DNA of 39,724 nt from Shigella phage ESh7. Below are positions 27,686 through 35,257 of this stretch, piece after piece. Each line of letters opens with the position of its first letter. Position 1 is the first letter of the stretch. Below the pieces are notes generated by a model. The model had not been told where the DNA came from. It did no database searches and saw only the letters and a program-made list of their open reading frames with translations. A program made the translations under genes and the position numbers. The DNA lies in the sequence record ON528720; one strand, given 5' to 3'.

Positions 27686-29635
27686 ATGGCTACAAATATT
27701 AAGACCGTGATGACTTACCCGCTGGATGGTTCAACTACGGACTTTAATATTCCGTTCGAGTATCTGGCTCGTAAGTTCGTCCGAGTGACCCTTATCGGTG
27801 TTGACCGAAAGGAACTCATCTTGAATAAAGACTATCGTTTTGCTACTAAGACCACAATCTCCACAACGAGAGCATTGGGGCCAGCGGACGGTTATAACAT
27901 GATTGAAATCCGTCGATTCACCTCCGCTACAGATAGGCTGGTTGACTTCACCGATGGTTCAATCCTTCGGGCATATGATTTGAACATATCTCAGGTTCAG
28001 ACCCTTCACGTTGCTGAGGAAGCCCGCGACCTTACCGCAGATACAATTGGCGTCAACAATGGTGGGAACTTGGATGCTCGTGGTCGTCGTATCGTGAACG
28101 TTGCGGATGCACAAGATGTAGGTGACGCAATCAACCTAGGTCAAATCCAACGATGGAACGACTCTGCGTTGAACTCTGCTAATCGAGCGAAACAGGAAGC
28201 TGACCGTGCAACTGCGCGTGCAAACGATGCGAACAACTCTGCGAACGCCTCAGCGTCCTCCGCTAGTGCCTCTTCTGTCTCCGCCGAATTAGCAAAACAG
28301 TGGGCCGTTAAGGAAACCGCTGTGGAGCCTAATCTCGAGTCATCACGAACCTACGCGCTTCACTCCATGTCATACCGGAATGAGGCTAAAGGCTCTGCCG
28401 ACCGTGCCGCTGTTTCAGAGACCAACGCTAAGGCCTCCGAAGGGAGCGCTACTAACTCGGCTGCTGCCGCTAAGGTCTCAGAGACCAACGCTAAGGCCTC
28501 CGAGGAGAGAGCAATCACTGAGGCGAGTAAGCTTGGAAGCATGAATGGGTTTGCTGGTGCAATCGACAGGGTTGAAGGTGTAAACGTGTGGTTCAAAGGG
28601 ACACTCGTGACTACCGAGAACATCACTGGAGGTTGGCTTATTTCCACAGGCCACGCTAATATTGGTAAAGGGCTTGCGGTTCAGGAGAATGGTACTTTCG
28701 GTATCGACTTAACAGTCCAGCGCGACATTTATGGAAATCGTAACATGACAGTCGCTGGTAACTCTTGGTTGCAGGGAGGCATTGTCCAGTCGGCAGCCTC
28801 CACCGTGTATAACCAGCTATATCGCCTTCACCTGAGCAGTACACCAATGCATGTAGGGAACCGTCAGGGTGTCCACATTGGATGGAACGAGTCTAACGGT
28901 AAAGGTGAAGCTGTCTTTTTGAATAACCAAGGCCGTGGTGATGGTGGGTTCGTGTTCCGTACAGTTAACGTCGCCAACTCAGTTGAGAAGGGTCGTGTCG
29001 AGTTTACTCAGGACGGTAACATCTATGCGAATCACCTACAGGTTCGTTCCGGTGCCAGAATTGATGGGAACAACAACATCGTAGGTCAGTACCTCCACGC
29101 AGGAATGGGCAACGCGATACTAAACCCGGATGGGAACCTTAGCGGCGGTGTGTGGAACAGCGTTGGTGGACACCTTTGGGGAATGCTCAACGACAACTAC
29201 AGGTTCGCCAAACCTCCTGCTGGGGTTCGCCTGTACACAGGCCGTGGCTCGGACTACATTGAGGGTAACGTTGATGGTAAGGCCGTTGGGTTCCGATGGT
29301 TCCTGTCAGACAGAAGGCTTAAAGAGAACATCAAGGTTGTTCGCTCTGCCGATGATATGCTCAATATTATCCGCTCGTATATTCCGGTTTCGTATAAATA
29401 TAAGGACTCTGAGTACGTTGACAACCGTGGGAATACTGTGACTGTCGCTGGTAAGAACTCTCGTGCTGGTTTCATTACTCAGGACTTGATTCGAATCTGG
29501 CCGGAGGCGGTTGATATAATGAGCGACGGTATGCAGTCTCCAGACCCGAACCAGATCATTGGCGGATTGATGCTACTTGTTAAGAACCTAGATGCTCGCG
29601 TTCAGGAGCTTGAATCTAAACTTATGACAGACTAA
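27686..29635 (+). CDS. 17: tail fibre protein with C-terminal intramolecular chaperone (peptidase S74-like) domain
   Basis: 649 aa from ATG 27686 (RBS AAAGGAGGT); N-terminus MATNIKTVMTYPLDGSTTDFNIPFEYLARKFV... like T7 gp17; C-terminus SDRRLKENI...VSYKYK...GFITQDL...PEAV...LVKNLDARVQELESKL. Confidence 0.9.
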   Translation: MATNIKTVMTYPLDGSTTDFNIPFEYLARKFVRVTLIGVDRKELILNKDYRFATKTTISTTRALGPADGYNMIEIRRFTSATDRLVDFTDGSILRAYDLNISQVQTLHVAEEARDLTADTIGVNNGGNLDARGRRIVNVADAQDVGDAINLGQIQRWNDSALNSANRAKQEADRATARANDANNSANASASSASASSVSAELAKQWAVKETAVEPNLESSRTYALHSMSYRNEAKGSADRAAVSETNAKASEGSATNSAAAAKVSETNAKASEERAITEASKLGSMNGFAGAIDRVEGVNVWFKGTLVTTENITGGWLISTGHANIGKGLAVQENGTFGIDLTVQRDIYGNRNMTVAGNSWLQGGIVQSAASTVYNQLYRLHLSSTPMHVGNRQGVHIGWNESNGKGEAVFLNNQGRGDGGFVFRTVNVANSVEKGRVEFTQDGNIYANHLQVRSGARIDGNNNIVGQYLHAGMGNAILNPDGNLSGGVWNSVGGHLWGMLNDNYRFAKPPAGVRLYTGRGSDYIEGNVDGKAVGFRWFLSDRRLKENIKVVRSADDMLNIIRSYIPVSYKYKDSEYVDNRGNTVTVAGKNSRAGFITQDLIRIWPEAVDIMSDGMQSPDPNQIIGGLMLLVKNLDARVQELESKLMTD

Positions 29636-29646
29636 GGAGGTGTTAA

Positions 29647-29850
29647 ATGTTATCCTTCGACTTCAACAATGAGGTCGTTAAGGCTGCTCCTATTGTTGGC
29701 ACAGGGGTCGCTGATGGGGCGGCCCGACTCTTTTGGGGACTATCGTTAAACGAGTGGTTCTACGTTGCAGCTATCGCCTACACAGTGGTTCAGATTGGTG
29801 CCAAGGTAGTCGATAAGATGATTGACTGGAAACGTGCAAACAAGGAGTAA
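29647..29850 (+). CDS. 17.5: holin (class II), gene 17.5 homolog
   Basis: 67 aa with hydrophobic segment FYVAAIAYTVVQIGA; same size as T7 gp17.5. Confidence 0.7.
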   Translation: MLSFDFNNEVVKAAPIVGTGVADGAARLFWGLSLNEWFYVAAIAYTVVQIGAKVVDKMIDWKRANKE

Positions 29851-29853
29851 TCT

Positions 29854-30120
29854 ATGAGCGACAAGACTTTAATCAAGCTGCTGGAGATGTTGGACACGGA
29901 GATGGCACAGCGTATGCTTGCTGACCTCCAGAGCGAGGAACGCCGAACGCCGCAGCTTTACAACGCAATCGGCAAACTGTTAGACCGCCATAAGTTCCAA
30001 ATCAGTAAGCTGACCCCGGATGAGAACATCCTTGGCGGTCTCGCGGCTGGTCTGGAAGACTACAACAAAGTGGTCGGCCCTAATGGTCTGACTGACGATG
30101 AGACCATCACGCTACAGTAA
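29854..30120 (+). CDS. 18: terminase small subunit
   Basis: 88 aa; position before gene 19; T7 gp18 is 89 aa. Confidence 0.8.
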   Translation: MSDKTLIKLLEMLDTEMAQRMLADLQSEERRTPQLYNAIGKLLDRHKFQISKLTPDENILGGLAAGLEDYNKVVGPNGLTDDETITLQ

Positions 30121-30165
30121 GTGACATACTCAAGGTTCTCCACGCGGGGAGCCTTTATGGATGTT
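30121..30165 (+). promoter_or_regulatory. RNase III-type processing hairpin upstream of gene 18.5
   Basis: CATACTCAAGGTTCTCCACGCGGGGAGCCTTTATGGATG shares the conserved motif. Confidence 0.4.
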
Positions 30166-30210
30166 ATTTGGTGCATCTACGTGAAATCTAAAAAACTGAT
30201 GGGAGGTGTT

Positions 30211-30663
30211 ATGCTAAAACTTTTACGCAGCGCACTCCCTTGGGTACTCGCCGGGACACTCTTTATGGGTGGCTGGCACTTAGGGTCAACCCATGAGAGA
30301 GCAAACTGGAAGGAGGTAATCCAAAATGAATACATTGCGAAAACAAAGGCAACCGCAGCAACTCAGGCAGAGGTCAGTAGGGTATCCCGTGAGTACCAAG
30401 AAGAGATTGCAGCCATTGAAGGCAGCACTGATAGGATGCTTAATGACCTGCGTAGTAATAATAAGCGGCTGTCAGTCCGCATCAAAACCCTTACCGGACT
30501 ACCAGAAGATAACGGTAGATGCGAGTTTAATGGTCGAGCCGAACTACACGAGTCAGATGCTAAGCGTATTATCGGAATAACCCAAGCTGCCGATGCTCAC
30601 GTAAGAGCGCTCCAGCGTACTATTAAGGAGATGCAGAATGAGCGACACCCAAGCAAACCGTAA
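30211..30663 (+). CDS. 18.5: i-spanin (Rz-like)
   Basis: 150 aa from ATG 30211 (RBS GGGAGGTG); [25 protein letters not shown] matches T7 gp18.5 N-terminus pattern. Confidence 0.8.
   Translation: MLKLLRSALPWVLAGTLFMGGWHLGSTHERANWKEVIQNEYIAKTKATAATQAEVSRVSREYQEEIAAIEGSTDRMLNDLRSNNKRLSVRIKTLTGLPEDNGRCEFNGRAELHESDAKRIIGITQAADAHVRALQRTIKEMQNERHPSKP
30326..30580 (+). CDS. 18.7: o-spanin lipoprotein (Rz1-like), nested in +1 frame of 18.5
   Basis: 84 aa; lipobox-like VVIISGC; C-terminus [17 protein letters not shown] parallels T7 gp18.7. Confidence 0.7.
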   Translation: MNTLRKQRQPQQLRQRSVGYPVSTKKRLQPLKAALIGCLMTCVVIISGCQSASKPLPDYQKITVDASLMVEPNYTSQMLSVLSE

Positions 30664-32401
30664 TGCGCTAATCATTGCGCAGCTTAAGGGTGACTTCGTG
30701 GCCTTCCTGTTCGTATTGTGGAAGGCTTTGGCTCTCCCGCCGCCGACTAAGTGTCAGATTGATATGGCCCGGTGTCTGGCTAACGGAGACAACAAGAAGT
30801 TTATCCTACAGGCTTTCCGTGGTATCGGTAAGTCATTCATCACCTGTGCGTTCGTTGTGTGGACGTTATGGCGTGACCCTCAGTTGAAGATACTAATTGT
30901 CTCTGCATCCAAAGAACGTGCGGACGCTAACTCCATCTTCATCAAGAACATCATTGACCTGCTGCCCTTCTTGGCTGAGCTAAAGCCTCGCCCCGGTCAG
31001 CGTGACTCTGTGATTAGTTTCGATGTTGGCCCTGCCAAGCCTGACCACTCTCCGTCTGTGAAGTCGGTGGGTATCACTGGTCAGTTGACTGGTAGTCGTG
31101 CTGATATCATCATAGCGGATGACGTTGAGATTCCGTCTAACTCCGCAACTCAAGGTGCCCGTGAGAAGCTGTGGACTCTGGTGCAGGAATTTGCCGCACT
31201 ACTGAAACCGCTGCCGACTTCTCGCGTTATCTACCTTGGTACGCCTCAAACCGAAATGACCTTGTACAAGGAACTCGAAGATAACCGTGGGTACACCACA
31301 ATCATCTGGCCTGCGCTCTATCCGCGTAGCCGTGAGGAAGACCTGTACTATGGCGACCGTCTGGCCCCGATGCTCCGCGAAGAGTTCAACGATGGGTTCG
31401 AGATGCTCCAAGGTCAACCAACTGACCCCGTGCGCTTCGATATGGAAGACCTGCGTGAGCGTGAGTTGGAATACGGTAAGGCTGGCTTCACTTTGCAGTT
31501 CATGCTCAACCCGAACCTGAGTGATGCCGAGAAGTACCCCTTACGCCTCCGTGACGCTATCGTGTGCGGTCTGGACTTCGAGAAAGCCCCAATGCATTAC
31601 CAGTGGCTTCCGAACCGTCAGAATCGCAATGAAGAGCTTCCTAACGTGGGACTTAAGGGTGATGATATTCATAGCTATCATTCGTGCAGCCAGAACACTG
31701 GACAGTATCAGCAACGCATCCTCGTGATTGACCCTAGTGGTCGCGGTAAGGATGAGACTGGTTACGCAGTGTTGTTCACCCTGAATGGCTACATCTATCT
31801 GATGGAAGCTGGCGGGTTCCGCGATGGTTATTCTGATAAGACCCTTGAGTCCCTCGCTAAGAAAGCGAAGCAGTGGAAGGTTCAGACAGTGGTCTTCGAG
31901 AGTAACTTCGGGGATGGTATGTTTGGTAAGGTATTCAGCCCGGTTCTCCTGAAACACCATGCAGCGCAGCTTGAAGAGATTCGTGCTCGTGGTATGAAGG
32001 AACTACGAATTTGTGATACGCTGGAACCTGTACTCTCTACGCACCGCCTTGTGATTCGTGACGAGGTGATTCGTGAGGACTACCAGACTGCCCGTGACGC
32101 TGATGGCAAGCATGATGTTCGCTATTCGCTGTTCTACCAGTTGACCCGCATGGCTCGTGAGAAGGGCGCTGTGGCCCATGATGACCGACTTGATGCGTTA
32201 GCATTGGGTGTGGAGTTCTTACGCTCTACGATGGAACTGGACGCTGTGAAGGTGGAGGCTGAGGTGCTTGAGGCGTTCTTAGAGGAACACATGGAGCACC
32301 CAATCCATTCGGCTGGTCATGTAGTTACCTCTATGGTTGACGGTATAGAACTCTATTGGGAGTATGACGATGTGAATAGCAACAGGTTCATTGACTGGTA
32401 G
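30638..32401 (+). CDS. 19: terminase large subunit
   Basis: 587 aa; synteny; ATPase/nuclease-size protein at the end of the late region. Confidence 0.95.
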   Translation: MSDTQANRNALIIAQLKGDFVAFLFVLWKALALPPPTKCQIDMARCLANGDNKKFILQAFRGIGKSFITCAFVVWTLWRDPQLKILIVSASKERADANSIFIKNIIDLLPFLAELKPRPGQRDSVISFDVGPAKPDHSPSVKSVGITGQLTGSRADIIIADDVEIPSNSATQGAREKLWTLVQEFAALLKPLPTSRVIYLGTPQTEMTLYKELEDNRGYTTIIWPALYPRSREEDLYYGDRLAPMLREEFNDGFEMLQGQPTDPVRFDMEDLRERELEYGKAGFTLQFMLNPNLSDAEKYPLRLRDAIVCGLDFEKAPMHYQWLPNRQNRNEELPNVGLKGDDIHSYHSCSQNTGQYQQRILVIDPSGRGKDETGYAVLFTLNGYIYLMEAGGFRDGYSDKTLESLAKKAKQWKVQTVVFESNFGDGMFGKVFSPVLLKHHAAQLEEIRARGMKELRICDTLEPVLSTHRLVIRDEVIREDYQTARDADGKHDVRYSLFYQLTRMAREKGAVAHDDRLDALALGVEFLRSTMELDAVKVEAEVLEAFLEEHMEHPIHSAGHVVTSMVDGIELYWEYDDVNSNRFIDW

Positions 32402-32422
32402 TTATGCATATTGAGCGCATAA
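32402..32422 (+). promoter_or_regulatory. short inverted repeat hairpin after gene 19
   Basis: TTATGC-ATATTGAGC-GCATAA; 6-bp arms. Confidence 0.25.
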
Positions 32423-32480
32423 GGATTCAATTAGACCACGGACGGTCACTTTAAGAAATTCCTTAAGAATCAACGAGTTT

Positions 32481-32504
32481 GAATTAACCCTCACTAAAGG
32501 GAGA
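32481..32504 (+). promoter_or_regulatory. T3 RNA polymerase promoter (right-end promoter)
   Basis: GAATTAACCCTCACTAAAGGGAGA. Confidence 0.8.
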
Positions 32505-32645
32505 GAGGGGACTTAAAGCTACTATATAGGTTAGTCATTCAGGTTATGCAATGACCCTTTATGCACTTTAAGTCTGCCTCTGTGATTGGTGATATTATCA
32601 TTGTATAATCACCCTACCTTAGAGCAACTGAAAGGAGGTGGCTCA

Positions 32646-32795
32646 ATGTTACGCTTGATGATTGCCCTGCTGCGTCATAGAGTCACTTGGCGATTTCTTC
32701 TGGTACTTACTGCTACCCTTGGGTACGCAGGTCTTAATGGCCACCTCGGTCAACTGGAAGTGGCCTTTTGCTCTATACTCTCTTGTGGGGATTAA
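32646..32795 (+). CDS. 19.5: gene 19.5 homolog
   Basis: MLRLMIALLRHRVTWRFLLVLTATLGYAGLNGHLGQLEVAFCSILSCGD parallels T7 gp19.5 (49 aa); RBS GAAAGGAGGTG. Confidence 0.65.
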   Translation: MLRLMIALLRHRVTWRFLLVLTATLGYAGLNGHLGQLEVAFCSILSCGD

Positions 32796-32869
32796 ATTAT
32801 TGTTGATGAACGACAAGCGGCTCTGAGGGATTCGTAGGTATAGTTTCACTACACCAACTCATCCCTGTA

Positions 32870-33350
32870 GAGTCAACCCTAAAGGTTATACCTAAAGATG
32901 CCCTGTAGTTCGTAATGGTCTTACAGGGTCTTTAAGTGTCTCCTAGCTATCACTTCGGGATGCGCCTATGGTATCACCTATGGTGTGGCCCTACCTAAAG
33001 TGGTTGCCTAAAGAGGCCCTTTAAGAATTTACCACAAAAATCTGAATGGGTATCTCACAGTTCAAGAACCCAAAGTACCCCCCATAGCCCTCCTAAAGCC
33101 ACCTAAAGCCAGCCCTACCCCTAGGGTTTAACCTTCGGTTAACCTTGGGTATCTCCTCAAGTGGTCTATAGGATAGCCTAAAGTGTTGCCTAAAGTCAAT
33201 ACCTAAAGTGGTGGATGGCTTAAGGAGGACTTAAAGAGTGTCCTAGTGTACCAGTTCGATAGTACATCTCTATGTGTCCCTATCTGTTAGCCTCCTAAAG
33301 TAAACCTAAAGCCACTACCTAAAGACCAGACCTAAAGCTATCACCTAAAG
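32870..33350 (+). repeat. array of about 14 CCTAAAG heptamer repeats with irregular spacing (genome-end short repeats)
   Basis: CCTAAAG counted at about 32877, 32891, 32992, 33006, 33093, 33102, 33177, 33188, 33201, 33292, 33303, 33316, 33328, 33341; T7 ends carry the same ACCTAAAG arrays. Confidence 0.7.
33053..33281 (+). repeat. putative terminal repeat (single copy at concatemer-type junction)
   Basis: Begins TCTCACAG like the T7 left end and ends ...GTGTCCCT like the end of the T7 terminal repeat; about 229 bp; boundaries inferred by analogy. Confidence 0.4.
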
Positions 33351-33440
33351 CGGCGCTATCTTAAAGACAACCAGACCGATAAGACCCATTGTTAACCCGT
33401 AGTGATGCCCTGTGGTTCTCTATGGTGTCTATCGTCAATT

Positions 33441-33463
33441 CAATTACCCTCACTAAAGGGAAT
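33441..33463 (+). promoter_or_regulatory. T3 RNA polymerase promoter (left-end promoter)
   Basis: CAATTACCCTCACTAAAGGGAAT. Confidence 0.65.
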
Positions 33464-33517
33464 AAGGGATACTTAAAGAGGGAATTTAAAGATTTAATAA
33501 AAGATTTAAATTAATGG

Positions 33518-33547
33518 TTGACTTTAAGTAACCCTTAAGGCTATTAT
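33518..33547 (+). promoter_or_regulatory. host sigma70 early promoter (A1-like)
   Basis: TTGACT, about 17-18 nt spacer, TATTAT. Confidence 0.5.
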
Positions 33548-33646
33548 TCATCTCGTCAACGGGACAACGGCCTTAAAGCCACTCCCTGAGATACCGGAGT
33601 CAACCGGATAAGTAGACAGCCTGATAAGTCATACGAAAAACAGGCA

Positions 33647-33675
33647 TTGACAACATGAAGTAAACGCAGTAAGAT
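33647..33675 (+). promoter_or_regulatory. host sigma70 early promoter (A2-like)
   Basis: TTGACA, 17-nt spacer, TAAGAT; TTGACAACATGAAGTAA as in T7 A2/A3. Confidence 0.7.
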
Positions 33676-33756
33676 GTACCACATAGCGTTAACCGCCGAT
33701 TCGGTGTCTTCTAGGTGACTTAAGCGCACCACGGCACATAAAGCGAAACAAAATGG

Positions 33757-33785
33757 TTGACAACATGAAGTAAACGCAGTAAGAT
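33757..33785 (+). promoter_or_regulatory. host sigma70 early promoter (A3-like)
   Basis: Identical 36-bp copy of the A2 element TTGACAACATGAAGTAAACGCAGTAAGATGTACCAC. Confidence 0.7.
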
Positions 33786-33910
33786 GTACCACGAAATGAC
33801 GGAACAGTGAGGCGGGACACTGAAAGCCGCTAGGGTCTAACGAAACCAGACCGACACGCTCTTTAACAATCTGGATAATAGCTCTTGAGTGTACCGATGT
33901 ATAAGCGAAT

Positions 33911-33959
33911 AACTCAAGGTCGCACTGAAAGCGTGGCCTTTATGATATTCACTTAACAC
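33911..33959 (+). promoter_or_regulatory. RNase III-type processing hairpin (R0.3-like)
   Basis: AACTCAAGGTCGCACTGAAAGCGTGGCCTTTATGATATTCACTTAACAC. Confidence 0.55.
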
Positions 33960-33982
33960 AAACTAACATGAGGTAACACCAA

Positions 33983-34441
33983 ATGATTTTCACTAAAGAG
34001 CCTGCTAACGTCTTCTATGTACTGGTGTCAGCTTTCCGTTCAAACCTTGATGATGAGGTGAACATGAGTCGCCACCGCCACATTGTTAGCACTTTACGTG
34101 CCGCACCGGGTCTTTATGGCTCCATTGAGTCAACCGATTTGACCGGGTGCTATCGTGGGGCAATCGCAAGCGCACCGACTGAGGAAAAAACGGTTCGTGT
34201 ACGCTGCAAGGACAAGGCGCAGGCACTGAATGTTGCACGCTTAGCTTGCAATGAGTGGGAGCAAGATTGCGTACTGGTATACAAATCACAGACTCACACG
34301 GCTGGTCTGGTGTACGCTAAAGGAATCGACGGTTACAAGGCTGAACGTCTGCCGGGTAGCTTCCAAGAGGTGCCTAAAGGCGCACCGCTTCAAGGCTGCT
34401 TTACGATTGATGAGTTCGGACGCCGCTGGCAAGTGCAATAA
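33983..34441 (+). CDS. 0.3: S-adenosyl-L-methionine cleaving enzyme (T3 SAMase, anti-restriction)
   Basis: 152 aa, MIFTKEPANVFYVLVSAFRSNL...QGCFTIDEFGRRWQVQ; I recognise this as T3 gp0.3; first gene after early promoters. Confidence 0.85.
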   Translation: MIFTKEPANVFYVLVSAFRSNLDDEVNMSRHRHIVSTLRAAPGLYGSIESTDLTGCYRGAIASAPTEEKTVRVRCKDKAQALNVARLACNEWEQDCVLVYKSQTHTAGLVYAKGIDGYKAERLPGSFQEVPKGAPLQGCFTIDEFGRRWQVQ

Positions 34442-34495
34442 GTGATAGACTCAAGGTCGCACTGTATGTGTGGCCTTTATGATTATCACTTAGCA
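34442..34495 (+). promoter_or_regulatory. RNase III-type processing hairpin (R0.5-like)
   Basis: GTGATAGACTCAAGGTCGCACTGTATGTGTGGCCTTTATGATTATCACTTAGCACG. Confidence 0.55.
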
Positions 34496-34513
34496 CGCTA
34501 TAGGACTAACACC

Positions 34514-34714
34514 ATGAGTAAACTTCTGGCAACATCTAAAATCAAAGGCCAATGCACTGTAACACTGCGTGAGTATTACCACGGGTCAACGGGAAGCACC
34601 TACGTTGTGCGGTACGGTAAACAGGTCAAACATTGGGTAAACCCGATTTTAGCACAAGAGGATTATCAAGCCTGTGTGATACACCAAGCAACATGTGCGG
34701 GCTGGAATGATTGA
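34514..34714 (+). CDS. early hypothetical protein (66 aa)
   Basis: ATG after the RNase III site; MSKLLATSKIKGQCTVTLREYYHGSTG...; weak RBS. Confidence 0.4.
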   Translation: MSKLLATSKIKGQCTVTLREYYHGSTGSTYVVRYGKQVKHWVNPILAQEDYQACVIHQATCAGWND

Positions 34715-34733
34715 CATTACAGGAGGATTAGTA

Positions 34734-34892
34734 ATGGCTATACTTATCACTATCGCACTCTTTGCGGTCGCTGGCTGGTACTCTGAGTCACGCAAGGCCG
34801 CTCGCTATCATCGCAAGATGGTTAAACTCATGGAACACTTGGACGCAGAAGGGCGAGGCCACGAGGCTATCGAACTGGTGAAACACGCATGA
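34734..34892 (+). CDS. early small membrane protein (52 aa)
   Basis: RBS ACAGGAGGA 6 nt upstream; MAILITIALFAVAGWYSESRKAARYHRK... one predicted TM helix. Confidence 0.45.
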   Translation: MAILITIALFAVAGWYSESRKAARYHRKMVKLMEHLDAEGRGHEAIELVKHA

Positions 34893-35086
34893 TGCTTCTC
34901 TTTATCGCACTGGTCTATCTGTGCATCGCAATGTACTTTATGCGAGACTTTAAGCGCGGTCTGGTAATACACAAGGCAACGCTGAGTTACTTTAAGTGGG
35001 GATTCATCCCACGGTTTACGGTTCGTGAACGTAACGGACGCTTTAAAGCCAACAAGGTAGGAGTACTCTACATTGCTACGCACTAA
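34889..35086 (+). CDS. early small membrane protein (65 aa)
   Basis: ATGA overlap with upstream stop; MMLLFIALVYLCIAMYFMRDFKRG... hydrophobic N-terminus. Confidence 0.45.
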   Translation: MMLLFIALVYLCIAMYFMRDFKRGLVIHKATLSYFKWGFIPRFTVRERNGRFKANKVGVLYIATH

Positions 35087-35117
35087 CTCAAAGCACGTAA
35101 AGATTGCACTGTATGCG

Positions 35118-35243
35118 ATGGCGTATGGTGCACCGAAACGCAAGGTAAAACGCATCTTAACGAGACACCGCAAGATGACCGCACGACAGGCTGCAAGCGC
35201 TGTCAAATGGGCTGAATTTACTCTTTACTCTTCTTACAGATAA
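35118..35243 (+). CDS. small basic peptide (41 aa), hypothetical
   Basis: MAYGAPKRKVKRILTRHRKMTARQAASAVKWAEFTLYSSYR; no convincing RBS. Confidence 0.2.
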   Translation: MAYGAPKRKVKRILTRHRKMTARQAASAVKWAEFTLYSSYR

Positions 35244-35257
35244 CAGGACACTGAACG

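Noticed and set aside
30675-30887. 70-aa ORF overlapping the start of the terminase large subunit gene
   Set aside because: Arg/Ser/Leu-rich alternative-frame translation, no RBS; treated as noise.
31287-31727. Two out-of-frame ORFs (77 and 68 aa) inside the large terminase gene
   Set aside because: Ser/Cys/Thr-rich translation typical of alternative frames and no RBS; T7 annotates small genes 19.2/19.3 inside gene 19 (recollection), so this is not excluded, but the sequence alone does not support a call.
32870-33350. Possible CRISPR array suggested by many short direct repeats
   Set aside because: The repeat is only 7 bp with irregular spacing and no uniform spacers; it matches the genome-end CCTAAAG arrays of T7-group phages; no cas genes are present.
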